From NCBI GenBank assembly GCA_043810515.1, contig JBDRNZ010000001.1, forward strand, positions 1,064 through 65,063: a DNA stretch of 64,000 nt. The letters run 5' to 3'. The notes below the pieces were generated by a model. It was not told the origin of the DNA and did not search any database. It saw only the letters and a list, made by a program, of their open reading frames with translations. Below are positions 60,942 to 64,000 of this stretch, piece after piece; the stretch's first letter is position 1; each line of letters starts with the position of its first letter. Both the position numbers and the translations under genes were made by a program. Source of the stretch: Candidatus Peregrinibacteria bacterium (GTDB taxonomy: Bacteria; Patescibacteriota; Gracilibacteria; UBA1369; LOWO2-01-FULL-3).

Positions 60942-60958
60942 ATTCATCGCCGGCGATT
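60942..60958 (-). repeat. Copy 3 (inverted) of the GC-palindrome motif (reverse complement AATCGCCGGCGATGAAT)
   Basis: 17/17 match to the core plus flank of copies 1 and 2. Intergenic between the NUDIX gene and pepA. Confidence 0.85.
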
Positions 60959-61078
60959 AAAATTTTCTTAAAATTTTTCTAAAATCCACCCGTCGGCCTC
61001 CGCGATAAAAAATAAAAATTTCTGAAAACAAAAAAACTTTGTTATTATAAAATCCTCTTAATAAATAAATCTCCATTC

Positions 61079-62560
61079 ATGAAAATTAAAATTCTGACGG
61101 ATCTGAAATCAAAAAACGGCCTTCTTGTCGCGCCGCTTTTTAAGGAAGACATTTCCATTCCGCCAAAATTTTATCCGGAACCGGTAAGAAATTTCATAAA
61201 AACTCTTAAAAAAACTGGGGATATAAAAGGAGCGAGAGGCAAGACTTATGCCACGTACATAGGCAAAGCCGACGTTCCGAAAAAAGCTCTTGTGATCTGC
61301 CTCGGTGAAAAAAATAAAATGACATGCGCCCGCGCGAGAGTGATTGGCGCGAAAATCGGAAAACACGCGGCAGCGGTAAAAGAAAAAGAGGTGAACGTAT
61401 TTCTGCCGGTGCAGCTTGTGGCATTTTCGCAGGAGTTTATAGAGGGAATGCTTATGTCGCAATACGATATTGGAAAATTCAAAACAGCAAAATCTAAAAA
61501 TTCCAAAAAACATTCTCTTGAGGAAATAAATATCATAGTGGCGCGTCCGGAAAAATCACTTAAAGCCGCATTCGAAAAAGCCGAGATTATAAACGAAGGG
61601 GCGAATTACGTAAAAGATCTAATAAATGGGCCTTCAAACATGGTCGATTCGGATTATTTGTCAAAAGAAGCCAAAGATCTCTCCAGAAAAAACAAATACG
61701 GATTGAAAATTTTTGGCACCAGAGAATTGAAAAAAGAAGGATGGGGCGCGCTCCTGGCTGTAAACATGGGATCCGGCAAAGACGCAAAATGTATCGTCTT
61801 GCAATATCTCGGCGCAAAAAAAAGAAATGAAAAACCGATAGTTATAGTCGGAAAAGGAATAGTTTTTGACAGCGGGGGATACAATCTAAAACCCGCGAAT
61901 TTTATAGAAACAATGCACCAGGACAAAGCGGGAGGATGCGTTGTGTTGGGACTTTTTAAAATTCTCAAAAAACTTGCAATCAGAAAAAATGTTATTGGGA
62001 TAATCCCGATTGCGGAAAACATGATAAGCGCCAAAGCATACAGGCCGTCTGATGTAATAACTTCATTGTCGGGAAAAACGATTGAAATTACAAATACTGA
62101 CGCGGAAGGGCGCCTGATTCTTGCGGACGCCATAACATACGGAACAAAATTTAAACCGCAGTACCTCATAACAATCGCAACCTTAACCGGCGCCGTCATA
62201 ATCGCGCTCGGCGACAGATTTTCCGGACTGATGGCGAATGACAGAGTTTTAAGGAACAATCTGCAAAAAGCAGGAAGAGAAACTGACGACCTTGGCTGGC
62301 CTCTACCCATGCACAGGGACTACAACCAAAAAATTGACAGCGAGATCGCGGACATACGAAATCTGGACACTTCATCCGGCCGCAAAGCCGGCGCCTCAAA
62401 AGGCGCGGCATTCCTTGAGAGATTTGTCGAAAAAAACAAATGGTGCCACATCGACATCGGCGGCACGGCCTTCACCGACGATCCGAAAGAGTACGAATCA
62501 AAAGGAGCCACATCCCACGGATTGCAGATGCTTTTGAGATTTTTGGAGAACGAAGTCTAG
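61079..62560 (+). CDS. pepA: Leucyl aminopeptidase (M17)
   Basis: 493 aa. NTDAEGRL signature and VGKGIVFDSGGYNLKP. Confidence 0.93.
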   Translation: MKIKILTDLKSKNGLLVAPLFKEDISIPPKFYPEPVRNFIKTLKKTGDIKGARGKTYATYIGKADVPKKALVICLGEKNKMTCARARVIGAKIGKHAAAVKEKEVNVFLPVQLVAFSQEFIEGMLMSQYDIGKFKTAKSKNSKKHSLEEINIIVARPEKSLKAAFEKAEIINEGANYVKDLINGPSNMVDSDYLSKEAKDLSRKNKYGLKIFGTRELKKEGWGALLAVNMGSGKDAKCIVLQYLGAKKRNEKPIVIVGKGIVFDSGGYNLKPANFIETMHQDKAGGCVVLGLFKILKKLAIRKNVIGIIPIAENMISAKAYRPSDVITSLSGKTIEITNTDAEGRLILADAITYGTKFKPQYLITIATLTGAVIIALGDRFSGLMANDRVLRNNLQKAGRETDDLGWPLPMHRDYNQKIDSEIADIRNLDTSSGRKAGASKGAAFLERFVEKNKWCHIDIGGTAFTDDPKEYESKGATSHGLQMLLRFLENEV

Positions 62561-62637
62561 GACGCGCTAGCCTTTTCTCGCACGCCTCTTGTCCCTGGCC
62601 CTCGCGCCTTTCGCCTCTCGCGCAAACTTCGCATATG

Positions 62638-63561
62638 CTAGAAATTCGCGTCCTCCTTGCAGACATGATATGCGTAGTACGCCGCGGTCACGCCTTCCGC
62701 TGAGCCGGTTATGGCTTGTTTGAATTCCGTGTCGCAGCAGTCGCCCGCGGCAAAAACGCCCCGCACGTTTGTTTCCGTTTTGCGGTTTATTTTGATCTCG
62801 CCTCTTTCGTTTAACTCGACACCGAGGGGTTTCGCGAGTTCGGTCTGGGCGATATGTCCGATTGCGAGAAATACACCATCTATTTCGATTTCCTCCCCGG
62901 CGCGTTTGCCGCCTGTGCCTTCTTTGAATTTTATTTTTTCAACTTTGTCAGTTCCTATAATCTCCTCGATTTCCGTTTTATAGAGAACTTCGATTTTGTC
63001 GTTTTTTTGAATTTTTTCCGCGTTGATTGGCTCCGCGCGCAAAACATCGCGTCTCACTATCAGATAAACTTTACTTGCGTGTTCGCTCAAAAAAAGCGCT
63101 TCCTTGGCGGCACTATCGCCACCGCCCACCACGCATACTGTTTTGTTTTTATAAAACGCCCCGTCGCACAGTGCGCAATACGAGACACCTTTGTTCTCAA
63201 GTTCTTTTTCTCCCGCGACATCGAGTTTTTTATGTTTTGTGCCGGTGGAAATGAGAATGCTTTTGCCGGTATATTCGCCGGAACCTGTTTTTACTTTGAA
63301 TTTTTCCTCTTCTTTTTCAATTTTTTGAACCCGTTCGCTTTTTATCTCGGCTCCGCTAGCAACGGCGTGTTCATAGAGTGCGGTTGCCAGATCCGGCCCC
63401 GAAATACTTTTTATACCGGGCCAGTTCTCAACAATATTTGTTGTCGTAATAAGCCCGCCCGGAAGTTCTGCGATAACAAGAGTCTTCAGCCCCAGCCTGG
63501 TCGCATACATCGCTGAGCTAAGCCCGCTGCAACCACCTCCGATAACTATAAAATCATACAT
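62638..63561 (-). CDS. trxB: Thioredoxin-disulfide reductase
   Basis: 307 aa. GGGCSG FAD motif, redox CALCDG, NADPH motif GGGDSAAKEA. Confidence 0.95.
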   Translation of the reverse strand: MYDFIVIGGGCSGLSSAMYATRLGLKTLVIAELPGGLITTTNIVENWPGIKSISGPDLATALYEHAVASGAEIKSERVQKIEKEEEKFKVKTGSGEYTGKSILISTGTKHKKLDVAGEKELENKGVSYCALCDGAFYKNKTVCVVGGGDSAAKEALFLSEHASKVYLIVRRDVLRAEPINAEKIQKNDKIEVLYKTEIEEIIGTDKVEKIKFKEGTGGKRAGEEIEIDGVFLAIGHIAQTELAKPLGVELNERGEIKINRKTETNVRGVFAAGDCCDTEFKQAITGSAEGVTAAYYAYHVCKEDANF

Positions 63562-63604
63562 ATTGAAAAATTTTAAATATCAAACATTCACATACTATCA
63601 AAAA

Positions 63605-64000
63605 TCCCCAAGACCTGAAAGTAAAGGGAATGACTCGCACCAGATTTGAAATTCCCGTCCGGAGTTCCGCATGACGCCGCGCTTTTAAAAGTGCACGACA
63701 CGCAAGACCGGAGGAAAATGGTGCTTTAAGGAAGGGTAGGCGGGGCGGGGAGGCGACGGACCTTCCGTCGCTCCCCGCCCTCACCCGAGTAGCGGATGAT
63801 TGAAAGGAAAAAGAGCAGAACTTTGGCCGGAACTGGAGGGAAGAACGGGAAGAAGCCCGCCCTTATCGTTCCGACCGAAAGGAGGGGACGGCCCGGGGGG
63901 TAGGGGCCGCCTTGGGACGAAAGAATGGGACAGGCGGGGGCTGAGACCTTGACGAGGGGGAGGAGGCCCCTTCGTTTTTCCCCGCTGTCCCAACTGAGAT
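63605..64000 (+). other. G-rich, highly self-complementary non-coding block (probable structured RNA or leader, running off the window); family unknown
   Basis: All frames contain stops. Hairpins: 63743-63780 (16 bp plus 1 bulge), 63889-63909, 63952-63975 (9 bp, followed by a T-run), and an enclosing helix 63927-63939/63980-63991. The strand assignment rests on G/A skew and G.U-compatible pairing and is tentative. Confidence 0.35.

Noticed and set aside
62561-62637. GC-rich spacer with CTCGC-type direct repeats between convergent pepA and trxB, examined as a terminator or small RNA
   Set aside because: I could not find a convincing hairpin or T-run. The sequence shows direct repeats rather than inverted ones. 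It is too short to support any call.
63554-63993. ORFs 63554..63784 (-) and 63781..63993 (-). Also RNase P RNA, a yybP-ykoY (Mn) riboswitch or a group II intron as the identity of the GC-rich block.
   Set aside because: - **ORFs:** The peptides are Pro/Gly/Ser/Arg low-complexity.
- **RNase P:** GGAGGAAAAUGG resembles the P4 strand, but the near-universal GGAAAGUCC and the matching ACAGAA..CCGGCUUA partner are missing.
- **yybP-ykoY riboswitch:** GAGUAGC and CUUGACGAG resemble yybP-ykoY loops, but they are about 160 nt apart.
- **Group II intron:** GUGCG occurs only on the minus strand, immediately before trxB, with no domain V.

None of these identities is supportable by eye.

Overview
This is an AT-rich, tightly packed bacterial chromosomal segment with about 60 protein genes and 3 tRNA genes (Gly-GCC, Phe-GAA, Val-GAC, all with encoded CCA). 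I saw no rRNA, CRISPR array, transposase or integrase.

Gene content is mostly housekeeping:
- leuS, rpsO-pnp, mnmA, ispG, dcd-thyA-folA
- aroD, ychF, a long RelA/SpoT homologue, ligA, dnaX, polX
- typA, a DEAD-box helicase, ddl-ftsA, alr
- yceD-rpmF-nusB-rnc, pepA, trxB, sod

There are also many small lipoproteins and secreted proteins, a sortase, an SLH-domain wall protein and two GT4 glycosyltransferases.

Genome style:
- Stop codons include TGA, so the standard code applies.
- Nearly all starts lack a Shine-Dalgarno sequence and sit behind A-rich leaders.
- Several promoters fit TTGACx-17-TATAAT almost perfectly.
- My inference is a small-genome Patescibacteria/CPR-like lineage. This is not proven from sequence alone.

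Most unusual observations:
1. An orphan consensus promoter at 12957 drives about 0.6 kb of ORF-free, hairpin-dense sequence. It ends in a hairpin plus U8 just before mnmA, and its last 180 nt contain a tRNA/tmRNA-like module that competes with the terminator.
2. A G-rich, heavily self-complementary non-coding block of at least 390 nt lies at the right edge (63605-64000).
3. A 13-nt tandem repeat (about 9 copies, two variants) sits upstream of a secreted beta-helix-like gene.
4. A 17-28 nt motif with a GC-palindromic core (ATCGCCGGCGAT) occurs at three loci about 5 kb apart, once inside an HNH ORF.
5. The RelA/SpoT homologue has four C-terminal TM helices and apparently degenerate synthetase motifs.
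6. In the ddl-ftsA cluster, a 607-aa bitopic protein sits where ftsZ is usually found.

All functional calls come from motif recognition by eye. No database search was run.
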